A DNA stretch of 60,309 nucleotides, the filler included, from Dirinaria sp. TL-2023a (Eukaryota), in NCBI GenBank assembly GCA_051941275.1. It is 4 parts of 4 records of this genome, joined end to end, with 100 filler letters (N's around TTAATTAATTAA, not from the genome) between each part and the next. Parts side by side here need not be neighbours in the genome. Positions count along the whole stretch, not along the records: positions 1 to 15,015 come from JAVEBF010000565.1; positions 15,116 to 30,117 come from JAVEBF010000566.1; 2 more parts are not named here. One strand, written 5' to 3'. Below are positions 11,891-22,220 of this stretch, piece after piece (position 1 is the first letter of the stretch; each line of letters starts with the position of its first letter). The notes under the pieces are model-generated. The model was not told the origin of the DNA and made no database searches. It saw nothing but the letters and a program-made list of their open reading frames with translations. A program made the position numbers and the translations under genes.

Positions 11891-12688
11891 ATGCCATCTA
11901 AAGGTGCGGACGATGCAGACTCATCACACGAAGACACCACGCCACTCGTGGACGATGGCCGAACCCAACCAAAGAAGGAAACCCGCTGGCGTGAGCGCTC
12001 ACTCAAACGAGCAAAGTCATTAGGCAAAGCAGGGCTTCAATGGACAAAACAGAAAGCATCCACATCAATCAGCCGCGATGATGAAAACAGGAACCAAGAG
12101 CCGTACAACCGCCATGGAAAAAGCGAACCTTCGCAGACCCTCGTCAAAGCAAACCAAATCTGGACCTGGGTCAAAGGCGACAATCCCCTTCCCGACCCAA
12201 AACCACCAAGGCAAAAGCGTACGTATCCTCGGCAAGACATCCACCGCGAAGATTCAATCTGGGTATGGGATCCCAAGGACGTAGGGGCGCAGATCTGGGA
12301 GTGGATCATTGGCGAAAACCCTCTTACACCGACACGCAAGTCCGCAGGCGATGATACTGGTAAAAAGGAACGGGGGAGTACTCCGGTCCAAAAAATCTCG
12401 AGTTCAGTGACATCGAATAGTTTGATTGGAAATATAAACAGCAAAAAAACCCGCACAGCCTGGATCTGGATCAAAGGCGATAACCCGCTCTCACCACCCA
12501 AGCCCAAACGAGCGAAAAAAAGCCGAAAACCCCGAAGCCCGAAAATGAACTTTTTAAAGTTCAAGAAAAGAGAGCATAAACAGGAACCCGCACAGATTAC
12601 TCAATGGCATGAACCCAGCCAGCCTACAAATATAGAAGCTTCAGATTCCATCAATGAGATCAGTGAGATCAGTGAAGAGAAAGACTGA
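11891..12688 (+). CDS. Hypothetical basic protein (265 aa) with repeated WxW(I/V)xG(D/E)NPL motif
   Basis: Intronless ORF with good ATG context (GCCATG). Motif copies IWTWVKGDNPL, IWEWIIGENPL and AWIWIKGDNPL. No family recognised. Confidence 0.5.
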   Translation: MPSKGADDADSSHEDTTPLVDDGRTQPKKETRWRERSLKRAKSLGKAGLQWTKQKASTSISRDDENRNQEPYNRHGKSEPSQTLVKANQIWTWVKGDNPLPDPKPPRQKRTYPRQDIHREDSIWVWDPKDVGAQIWEWIIGENPLTPTRKSAGDDTGKKERGSTPVQKISSSVTSNSLIGNINSKKTRTAWIWIKGDNPLSPPKPKRAKKSRKPRSPKMNFLKFKKREHKQEPAQITQWHEPSQPTNIEASDSINEISEISEEKD

Positions 12689-13217
12689 AATGGTTGCGCC
12701 CATTGGCAGAGTAGATTCGCTGCTTGGTACGTAGTCGTATCCCCTATCCGAGTACCATTAGGCACAACTATTAGGCACAATAATATTGGTCTGACATTAA
12801 ATCGCAAGAAGAAGTAAGATATAACCACCACAAGAACCTGCAAAGTTCCAAAAAACAAAGAAAAAAGAAAAGAAACGCGATCATAGTTGCGTCGAAGTAA
12901 TGCTCAGCCGGATCGAGCACAGATCCGATGAAACCTACCCCTAGACCCCAAAGCAAAAAAAAGTTGGAAAAGAAAAAAGAACATTTTCTTTGCAAAGAAG
13001 ACTATGTAAGATACATATGCTTCTCCTGATCGCTGAGATAATGATCTCGGATATCTGTTCCCCCTTTCCAAAAAAAAAATCCCCGAAAGTAAGCAGCGTA
13101 GGGCATACCCGGCAGAGCGAGCCGCGCATAAGGTTGCCATGTAAACACCAACAAATCTTCCATAGAAGTAATAATAATGAGAGGATATGCGAGTCCAATA
13201 AGGTCACCAGTTCGATA

Positions 13218-13231
13218 GGTTATGAGCCCAG
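13218..13231 (+). promoter_or_regulatory. Primer-binding site of half-tRNAiMet type (copia/Ty5-like)
   Basis: GGTTATGAGCCCAG immediately after the 5' LTR, matching the PBS type of copia/Ty5 elements. Confidence 0.8.
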
Positions 13232-13521
13232 TTTAGCAGGAGAGCTTCCCAGGTGACCTACGACATCATGGTCAATGATATCGTCACCGTCGGCATCTTG
13301 ATACGAGACTGCAGAGAAGCCAAACAAGTAGGAGTGACGGCAGCTTGATACGAGGTGCAGGAGTGTATGAAACAAGCAGTGACGATGAGTTCATCGTCAT
13401 CGTCATCGTCAGTAGTGAGGACGAGGCTGAAGTGACAATTCAATTGACTCATTCAATTGATGTGATTGAAGCGCATTCATTACTCAACACCTGGGGCAAG
13501 CTCTTGTACCTTTTCCCTCTT

Positions 13522-13590
13522 CTCTACACTCACCTTCTTCTTTACGCTCACCTTTTTCTTTACATCCACCTTCTTCTTGACACCCACCAG
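13522..13590 (+). repeat. 18-bp tandem repeat (about 3.5 copies) in the element leader
   Basis: TACACTCACCTTCTTCTT / TACGCTCACCTTTTTCTT / TACATCCACCTTCTTCTT / GACACCCACC. Confidence 0.75.
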
Positions 13591-13594
13591 CAAA

Positions 13595-14485
13595 ATGAAG
13601 GACGAAGGTTTCAACAAGCTGAAGCGGCCCGTGCCTATCCTCACTCGCGAGAATAAGGATATGTGGTTTCGTATGATGAAGCAGCGTCTTACTTATAAAG
13701 GCCTGATAGGTCAGGTCGAAGATGCAATTCCAATTGAAGACTCTGCAAAGAACTTCGGCGTCATGTACACGCTCAATCTCTGTATCAGCATCGACGACCA
13801 GGAAGACCTGTCAGAAACCACTACTGCCAAAGAAATGTGGATTGCCCTTGTCAAGAAATATGAGCAGAAGATGCCATCAATGAGCAGACACTATGTGCAG
13901 CAATACTACACCTATAAGAAGCCGAAAGATAAGACCATTGATGATGCCTGGGGCGAAATTCGCGAGCTAAGTCGAAAAGCTGCCTCGCTATCTTCCGAAA
14001 ACAACATCCTATGCGAACTAGGCCAATGCATGCAGCAACTTCTGGCATCATTAGGACCAGAATATAAAGGCGTCATAGATACCATCGACAACACGGGCGA
14101 CTTGACCGATAAGATAGAAATCATCTTGCTCCGCCTTCGCGAAAAGGAGCACCAATTGAAAGAGGACAACGAAAACGAGACGGGCATGTGCGCAAAGAAC
14201 AGAGGCAACAACAATCGCCAGCAGAAGAGCAAGAGCTATAGCTCACGACGTCGAGGCTCCACAAGCTCAAATGAGTCTTGTTCCAAGTCACCCAAACGGC
14301 GCTGCTATCTATGCAATGGGCCTCACGGACTCAAGGACTGCCCAGAGAAGGCAGATTACGATGCCTACAAGAGATTTAAAAACGCAGCGGAGAAGGAGAA
14401 GGAGGCTAAGTCAAAGAAGAAGCAGCGCGCCTACCACGCTTGCGATGCAACCTCCACTGCCTCAAGCGTCACTGTCGCTAATTAA
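13595..14485 (+). CDS. Copia Gag-like protein with CCHC zinc knuckle
   Basis: RPVPILTRENKDMWF start, TTAKEMWIAL..KY (UBN2/gag-like) and CYLCNGPHGLKDC (Cx2Cx3Hx4C knuckle variant). Open for 296 codons. Confidence 0.8.
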   Translation: MKDEGFNKLKRPVPILTRENKDMWFRMMKQRLTYKGLIGQVEDAIPIEDSAKNFGVMYTLNLCISIDDQEDLSETTTAKEMWIALVKKYEQKMPSMSRHYVQQYYTYKKPKDKTIDDAWGEIRELSRKAASLSSENNILCELGQCMQQLLASLGPEYKGVIDTIDNTGDLTDKIEIILLRLREKEHQLKEDNENETGMCAKNRGNNNRQQKSKSYSSRRRGSTSSNESCSKSPKRRCYLCNGPHGLKDCPEKADYDAYKRFKNAAEKEKEAKSKKKQRAYHACDATSTASSVTVAN

Positions 14486-14645
14486 AGATACTCACATACA
14501 CGATCGCTCGCAGCACATTAACTTGACCTATCATAACATCAGGGACCTATACCAGCGTCATTGACTTCTTGTCTACGAAAGAAAATAATTACTAATAGCT
14601 TTAACGAAGTCGTTGTCTAGAGACACCTTCAAACGATTTTCTTGA
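14463..14645 (+). pseudogene. Degenerate copia RNase H C-terminal fragment
   Basis: QASLSLIKDTHIHDRSQHINLTYHNIRDL resembles NQ.AL.L.KNP..H.RSKHID..YH.IRD. After a stop and frameshift, IITNS.TKSLSRDTFKRF resembles M.ADGLTK.L....F..F. Confidence 0.8.
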
Positions 14646-14983
14646 TCAATGAGATCTAAGAAGCAGTGGGAGTTCTTTCATGGCCATAGTAGGTATGCGC
14701 ATGCCGAGTGGGAGTGTTGGGTGTTGGAAAGTTGCCATGTACATAAAACACCAACAACCTTTCCATAGAAGTACCTGATAATAAAAGACGATACTTTAGG
14801 TATGCAAGTCCAATAAGGTCACCAAATTCCCTTCCTCCAACTCAAGCAATTCAATAACTTCCACGAATCCATAAACAAACAAACATATATCTACCACAAG
14901 ACGAGTCGATCAGGCAGAGGAAGGAAAAACAGAGATCGAAAGGGGAATACCTTAACTTGGGAAAATGACATCCGTACCCTAAA

Positions 14984-15015
<32 letters not shown>

Positions 15016-15115
15016 NNNNNNNNNNNNNNNNNNNNNNNNNNNNNNNNNNNNNNNNNNNNTTAATTAATTAANNNNNNNNNNNNNNNNNNNNNNNNNNNNN
15101 NNNNNNNNNNNNNNN
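15016..15115. other. Artificial contig linker
   Basis: N44-TTAATTAATTAA-N44, giving stops in all six frames. Confidence 0.97.
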
Positions 15116-15760
15116 GAGAGGAGGTGAAGGAGAAGAGGGAAGGAATGTTTTGCCTTACTTGGAGTTTCGGTATAAAATAGGAACCTCTTGAGTCAGTGAT
15201 CAATTCTGGGGTTGATTAAACATGGATGTGGTGAAATGTGTTTCTTCGCTGTTTTATTTCTTTCTTTGATATGAGCAGAATCATAAGTGCATTACTCTAG
15301 ACTTTCTGTCTCTCTATTTTTTCTAAGAAAGAACTTGATTCTGGGTCGGACTTTTTTTTTTTTTTTTTCTTCTTCTTCCGGCGAAAGAGTTTGATTCTGG
15401 ATCGAACCGTTTTTTTTATTGCAATATTTCGTTTGAACGAGGGGATAGAGGGATGATGAGAGATTTTGGATTTTATAGAGAGAAGGGGGGAGGGAGAGAT
15501 AGAGAACAAACAGGCTCTTATCGGAAGATACATTCTGTTGTGTCTCGATTTTGCTAAGAAAACCCTCGATAGCTCTAATTATCGAGGCTGTGTCAATGTT
15601 TTATATCGATTTCTAGAGATTCAGACGCTAAGGCAGGTCATTTCACAAAGACGGTCTTTTTGATACAATTCTTGACGCAAGAGGATCTGTTTCTGAGCTG
15701 AAGAATCAACGACGTAAATCAATGTTGATCTGATGATATCAAGATCACGACGCTAACAGT
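15116..15760 (-). repeat. Degenerate dispersed repeat related to 7220-7880 and 34100-34860
   Basis: The reverse complement contains CAGCGAAGAAACACATTTCACCACATCCATGT (compare CAGCGAAGAAGCAAATTCATCTCATCCATGT near 7268) and GTTAGCGTCGTGATC...TCTTCAGCT...GCGTCAAGAAT (compare 34339-34422). Confidence 0.55.
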
Positions 15761-15836
15761 TATCCTCTCTGTATGGTAATGCCACGTCTTTTCCTCAAGA
15801 AGCTCGGCGCTTCAGGTGATATATATTATTTGTAGG

Positions 15837-16047
15837 TACCCAGGTCCACCTCGTAAGTCCTGGCTAGCGCGGTCAATTGCTACTAGTGTTGTCAACCAGA
15901 AGCCCCCCGGGAGACCACCCAAGACTATTCCCCGGACGCGCTAACTTGCTATCTAGGGTGCAGCTGTGCTCACCAAAGCGCAACTGTAGTCACCTAGACG
16001 GCACAGTACACAGCAACTAGCCAGGACTTATGGCGTGGTCCTCCGTA
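15837..16047. mobile_element. Putative MITE (about 210 bp), Tc1/mariner-type ends
   Basis: Left end TACCCAGGTCCACCTCGTAAGTCCTGGCTAG versus reverse complement of right end TACGGAGGACCACGCCATAAGTCCTGGCTAG: 25/31 identical with the inner 14 perfect. TA at both termini and no ORF. Confidence 0.65.
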
Positions 16048-16450
16048 GATAGACCTTTTGAGTAATTCAATCCGTTTCACCACCAATGCTTTAATGATTA
16101 TATAGTAGAATCCAAAACCAACAAAATTTCCTGGAACATCAATTCACAGTAGTACTTACAGGTTTCGCGGTTGCTTCTGGGCTGACCCCTTCGTATGGCG
16201 TATCGTCGTTGTCGTTGCTATAATGCTCGGCTGACCAATGATTGACAGCACCGAGTAGCATCTTCCACAAGTTCCCTGACGGGGGTGACGTCGACGACGT
16301 AATGTTCCGTGCCGTGGAGCTGATTTGGCTGCTTTGTACCTTCTGAAATGTGCCCCAAACGGATGAACCGGATCCCGACATGGTTCCTGGGGAGATTCTG
16401 CTGCTTCACCCAGTTGAGTTAATCTAGGTTACTCAGCCAGTAACAGCGTC

Positions 16451-18420
16451 TCAAGTCTGCTTTGCATGCTGAGTCCTGCTGCCTTCTCTATACGTGTGCC
16501 ATCTTTTAGCCAGGTACCAAAGAAGGGTGGTAATAAGTAAGAGGGGCAAAAACATGGCAAAGAATTGGCCTAGAGCCCTGTGATATTCTTGATCGTTTGA
16601 TGCTTCGAAAATCTTGGTGCTCATCAGTGTCTGGCGCCTGGATCAGTTTCTTCTAGCTCAGAGAGTGACAAGGACGCCGCTTACCGATGCAAATGTACCT
16701 GGTAAAAAAAGCAAAGCGATGAGGGCCATAATTCTCATTGAAATCGTTTCTTCTCTCGTTTCCCCTGCAATAACGTGCATGTCTTTAGTGAGATCATGTA
16801 CTGTCAACGTCATCTCTTCCATTCGCCACGCAGATTTCTGGGCTTGCTCAGCCTGCTGTTTACCCATCTGGATGTTTTGCTGGTCCAAGATTCCATGGAG
16901 CTATTCAAGCTTAGCATGCTGCATCATAGGTTACCATCCACGTACCAATGATTTTCGGTCAGCGATCGATCTCAACAGCTTTTCGACCCGCGACTGCTGT
17001 ATCGCCATGTCATTCTGCATGTTTGCTATCCTTTGGTCAAATCGTGTCAGATCTCCTCGACAATTTGAACTTAAGCCCGCTGGCCAGCCTGGCAAGCTTT
17101 CGAAAGACTTGTAAGCTCCTTTTAGCTCCGTCAATACATTCTGGTTGACCTTTAACAACAAATTGGCGTTATTGACCATCTCTCCTATGGTATGAGTCTC
17201 CTGTAGCTTGCTGAACGAAAACATCGCGTCTGTTGTGGACTGTTTTTCCAACGTAGGGAACATCGGCGATGGAACAATTGGAGTAGCCCCTTCACTAATA
17301 TTGGGTCCCAACTCTACTTCCTCCCCGGCTGACAATCCTTGAACTCTGTTCGTTGCTGCAGCTGGAGAATTTCTATTTACTTGTCTGCCGTGGCGTTGTT
17401 GAATATTCGTCGCGCTATCATGTTGCGGCCGTGAAACAGGGGGCTCCAACGAGCTGAAAAGTGCGGCGCTTGTGGAAGACTGGATCTCCCTGTCCAGGAA
17501 ATTAACATACCAACGCCAGGTCTGCGCCGACCACTCGCAAAAGATTAAATGGATTTCCAAGGTAGATGTGAAGGCTTGCTCCAGGGTGTGAAATGAAAAC
17601 CTAGAGGGCGATTTATCGCTCGTAGCGGATTTGATCCGATGTTTGATGCGTTGATCTCCCTTAAAAACAACCCAGGACGCTTGGCCAGTCTCAATGTCGA
17701 ATGTATGGTGCACCGCAGATTGATCCATGTGCCATGGCCATTCGTTTGAGCTTACACCCTCGTTGCGCTCTGCTGATTTTAAATTATAGCATACTTTTAG
17801 GTCCTGGCCCGACCAACCACGATCGGCTATATGCAGTCCTCTGTCCGCTCCTGAAAAGCGGACCTGCGAGCGGAAGCCACCAAAGTGGAAGTCTGAGCCA
17901 TAGATATCCCTAGCAAAGGGGAACAAAAACTCCAGAAAGTTGGGTAAAGTCTGATGGTAAGAGAAAATAAGGGTGAGCATCTCGCGAGTGATCCTTAACT
18001 TCTCTGCAGAAGTCGCCTCCACGAATCTATGCGCTTCGTTAGGACTCTTTGCGATTCTATTCAGATATTTGGAGACGGTAACAAACATAAATCTGCACCT
18101 CGGTTCGTGCTTCAACGGGGACTCCGCTGTTAATCGGAGCTGTTTTTGTAGATCCACATGGTTTGTCAATGTCGCTTCCTCGAAAGCTGCAGGTTTTTAG
18201 TAGCAACTCGTTTGCACCAGATAATGAGAAATTTACGCTGCTCGCCAGTGAAGCTTTCCCAGAAATTGACGCTCGCTCTGTTCATTGTATGGAACAATCG
18301 CTCCTCCAATTTATTCAACTGTTCAAAGTAAAAGTCGAGAAGATATGGATGTACATCTCGAAATACCTGGTGTTTTGGATATTCACTTGCTTGGGCAATC
18401 AAATCCTTTACCGACTCCAT
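16451..18420 (-). CDS. Fungal CorA-like-domain protein with two C-terminal TM helices
   Basis: Spliced model (about 4 introns). Motifs LRITREML..IFSYHQ....FLEFLFPF, CYNLKS.E, WPW...QSAVHHTFD, WRWYVNFL and ETISMRIMALIALLFLPGTFAS/TLMST. Confidence 0.78.
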
Positions 18421-20074
18421 TGTTGACAGGAAGGTAGTAACTAGAAAGAAATGTTTTTTGTCTGCGACAGGGTTTCACAGATTTAATGACGATGCAGACT
18501 TAGGAACTATATTGGTTCAGTAGATGGCAAAAGCTGTTTTCTCACGCAAGCCTGAGTATGGCTGTGCGCTTGGGCGGAATCTCTGGTGTACTTGGCAGTT
18601 GGCAAGGCTGACTCGAGTACAAATGTGACACCTTTGCGAACGAACCCCCGACGTACAGTATTGGAGGCATCATTGCGCACGGCCACGGCTTGGTGCGGAG
18701 CAACAGGAAATGTCAGTTAGTCATGACGATCATTGCGGCAATGCATAAGTTTATATATCTCGTCCTGGATCATTGTCAGAGGAGATCATTTATCTTCTGT
18801 CTCTGAGACTTGCCTCTGTCAAAGCTCGTGGGATCCAAAAGCTCTGATAGTCAACGTAGCGCTGGTACGTCTGAGCCGATTTCAATCCGATAGGTACTTG
18901 GGCACTTACTTCAATGTAGCAGGATTCCTGGTCCCTGAGTAGTTCCGTCAGGAAGCGCTCTACAATAGCTGGAGAGAGGCGATATTGGGAGACTGTACCA
19001 TTAGAGCCAAGTCATATCAAAATTTGATCGATCAAGCAGCGAAGAAGAATTCACGCATCTCGAAGGTACGAGGTGCGCGTTGTGCGAGAAAGATATTCGT
19101 CCTTCAAAGATCGCGGTAGTCGAATTTGATAGCGGAAGATGCGATCATTGGACGATATTTTACGTGTCATTGCCCCACTTTCATGGGGGTTAGGCTGGAG
19201 TAAATAATAGATAGATGCTGTAGATCTGAATGGTTCCAATTAGCCTTCCTGCCTCATTACCCTTCCTTGTACATATGCACTCAGCTTGATTGCTGGAATA
19301 TAATATCACGTTACTTTACAATCCTATCATGAGAGGGAGGCACACGACTTTTTTCGTAGCGGAAAAAACAACTTCTACTTGACCAGGGATCTTCGCAAAT
19401 CCCACACCACCACCACCTAGGAACCAAGGTTCCCAACTTCACGTCACTCAGCACGTCTAACATCATTAGCTGCTCGACCAACCAAATCACAGGAATTTCA
19501 TCTCCAAGGTCGAATTGAACGAACACCAAGCCTTTCTCGCTTTTTGACAATGTCCCCGCTTCCACTGCACTTTCAACCTATGGTAATATCCTTCCTTAAT
19601 GCTTCTCTGTTGCAAAATAGATAATGCGCTCTATAACGCGAATTGATCCATAGCTGTCGAATTTTTTGGTTTGAAAGCCATCACTCTACCCGGAGGTTAC
19701 TTTTCGCCTCCATGATTCGGGTAAAAGGTAGATTTGGTAAGTGGTTTTTAGGAGATTACCGAGTACTATCACCTATCGTCATCAAACTCTTGTGTAAGGG
19801 GCTTATGCGCGAAGGATATTATTTTCGAGGCAGGTATTAGTCTACTAATCTACAATCACCGGTAGTAATGTAGACGTAGTGGGATGCGTTGCTTTCGTCT
19901 CGCTGATCTTTATTGATCGAAAGACCGGATCCGATATTGATACATCACGGACGGATCGCGGGCCACTTCAGCGGGTTTCGACCATGATATCGACAAGAAA
20001 CATACAACATACCTTATGCTTAGAGTGAGCACATTGCTCCGGCTGTCTGACCAGGTACTTATCAACCCTCCACC

Positions 20075-21537
20075 TTAAGTCTGCCCTCTCAAAGCCATCA
20101 TCCCAATAGCCAGGACTTCCAATTCCTGCCGCTCAGTGTCCTCATCGCCATCTCGAACGGCACCTCCCTTCTTCTTAGAGTCCGTGCCGTTGATTTTATA
20201 CATCTTTCGTAAGGCCTTCAAGTCGCTCATCTTGGCTATATTCTCCAGCGGATGATCGATAGCTGTGCCTTTGACGGCGGCGGAAAGATGTTCTGAGACG
20301 GAAGAGCTGGTTATTGAGGGGTTGGTGGATAGCTTTATGATCAGGAGCGAGGTGGTGCCGTCTGTGATGCCGAATGTGCGGAAGGAGGTCGCAATCTGTG
20401 CGGGCAGAGGTTCGTTAGCTACTTAGCAAGCTTGTATATTCTCTGAGAGGAAGGATCTCGGAGGTTCTGGAGAAGGAGTAGGTATGGGTCACTAGCGTAG
20501 GGTGCAGAGCGTGAACGGATAGGAGAAGCAGATTGACAGCTTTGAGGGTACGAGGGCCGTGAAAACTCTCTTAAGAAGGTTTTCTGATAATATTGCTTAT
20601 TCACCGTCGCCTTGACAGCGAACTTGCTTATTCATCGTCGCCTTGACAGCGAACTGTGTGGGTGTTAAAGTTGTCGATTTTCGTCGGCAATGTTTCATGG
20701 TCAGAGAGTTTCATAGATAGGGAAAGTCTCTGGCAAATGGAAGTGATATAACTTGACGAGCAAGGCGTGCTTCATGTCGAGTTCCTAGAAGAGAAGCCAT
20801 GAAAAGTTCTGCTCTGGCACAGCCTCGTTGGAGCACATAAGAATCAATCGCGCATCTGTTGTGGGGAAGTAAATGCTGACATGTACCCAGAAAGAGAACG
20901 TGGTATTCGCAGAAACGCCGGCTTCAAATTTACAGGGAGGAAGGTTTGGAACGTGCAGGTTGCGAGAGCAGCTTGAAGTTCAACCAACAGCACAAATACG
21001 AAAAGGGGAAATGGGCGTATCCTGGACATCCAACCCAGAGACAAGCGTGGAGACCTGGTATTGGGAATGGGCCCCTTGACGCCGAAAACCCTGCACGACT
21101 GACTTGGATAAGACGTGTAAGGCAACAAAAGAAGCAGGCTTTGCCTTACTACTACTACATGGGAGATCGCTCATACTCACATTGTTGTTCGGACTCAAAG
21201 CGAAAACAATTTCCGAGTGCAAATTGCGCGACTTCAGCCGCTCATTCAAGTAGTCGTTAGCAGCCCTAAAGACAGCTGCTAGTAGATGGTTCGGTGAGAT
21301 GATCTGTGGTCATGGTATTCAGCTTCTGGTCCAGCACTGCCCCACAGGGACGACCCTCTGTGACCTTTTCAATCAACCTACGGTGCTAGCGTCGATAAAG
21401 GCATACTCGAATTCCGGGTTGCCCTGTAGTAGCTGCTGGCGTAAGAATGACGCGTTCTGGACGTCTTGGTAAAGAGCTATATGAACGGCCAGAGAAGGAG
21501 GTAAATGAGCGAGGCGCAGTGTCTGAACAAGTGCCAT
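20075..21537 (-). CDS. CGI121: EKC/KEOPS complex subunit Cgi121 (TPRKB)
   Basis: Exons 21537-21382, 21303-21181, 20395-20075, all phase 0, 199 aa. Motifs [37 protein letters not shown] and terminal MMALRG. Confidence 0.92.
20593..20654. repeat. 31-bp tandem duplication in CGI121 intron 2
   Basis: TTGCTTATTCAYCGTCGCCTTGACAGCGAAC twice, 30/31 identical. Confidence 0.9.
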
Positions 21538-22220
21538 CCCGGCCATCCAATGGACGTTGGGATCGATGGATTCTCGATATAGACAGCTTCTACCTCCTGC
21601 GAATGAGCTCCCCAGTAGTGCCAGTATTGATGAAACTGACGAAGAATTTCGATTAAAAGGATGGACCGCTAAGGTAGGAGTACCTAGGTACGAGTACCTT
21701 GGGAGCTGCAACCCCAACCCTGAACCCTCGAGTCTCAAAGTGGTGCCGAATCGGATTCTCTCGGGCACCGACTAAAGGCGGGTGACCTCCGTACGTACGT
21801 CTGGCGGCTTCGGTGGGTGCCTTATGTATGTAAGGTACTCAACTCAAATTACACCTGCTGCTACCTATCTTCAAAAGCTGCCGGTGCACCAAACTTTATC
21901 GTTCCGTCCTACGGCTTTAGCGTACCCCCCGGCGGTGCTCAGAGGCTGTGAGGTGACAGGGGCAAAAGTAGAGGGAGGAAAGGTTTTTGGGATACTAGAA
22001 GAGAACATCCCTACTGTAGTTGATCAAAAGGACGCATTGTTATCCTCCGATTTCTAATACAACTATCGACATCAATATTATCATATACTGTACTATACAA
22101 TATCTTCAAGGCATGGATGGTAGAAAACTGGTCGTTACATCGGCCAGACGCCAAGCTTTGCCTTGATGGACCCGCCGACCGGGTTAACCGTTCAATGGTG
22201 CGGCAATCAGATAAAGCATC

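Larger units (their letters stand above)
13130..14842 (+). mobile_element. Internally deleted Ty1/copia LTR retrotransposon (LTR-PBS-gag-RNase H remnant-PPT-LTR)
   Basis: Direct repeats at about 13130-13217 and 14715-14842 share GTTGCCATGT..AAACACCAACAA..TTCCATAGAAGTA..TATGCRAGTCCAATAAGGTCACCA. PBS GGTTATGAGCCCAG at 13218. PPT GAGTGGGAG precedes the TGTTGG start of the 3' LTR. Copia gag and an RNase H C-terminal fragment lie between. Confidence 0.88.

Noticed and set aside
12700..13130. Short hairpins suggesting a ribozyme or riboswitch upstream of the LTR
   Set aside because: No hammerhead core or TPP consensus found.
15060..15071. TTAATTAATTAA palindrome recurring about every 15.1 kb
   Set aside because: Synthetic linker inside N runs.
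18450..20050. Short ORFs between the CorA-like gene and CGI121
   Set aside because: No motif or coherent splice model.
20593..20654. 31-bp direct repeat as a CRISPR-like array
   Set aside because: Two adjacent copies with no spacer, inside a eukaryotic intron.
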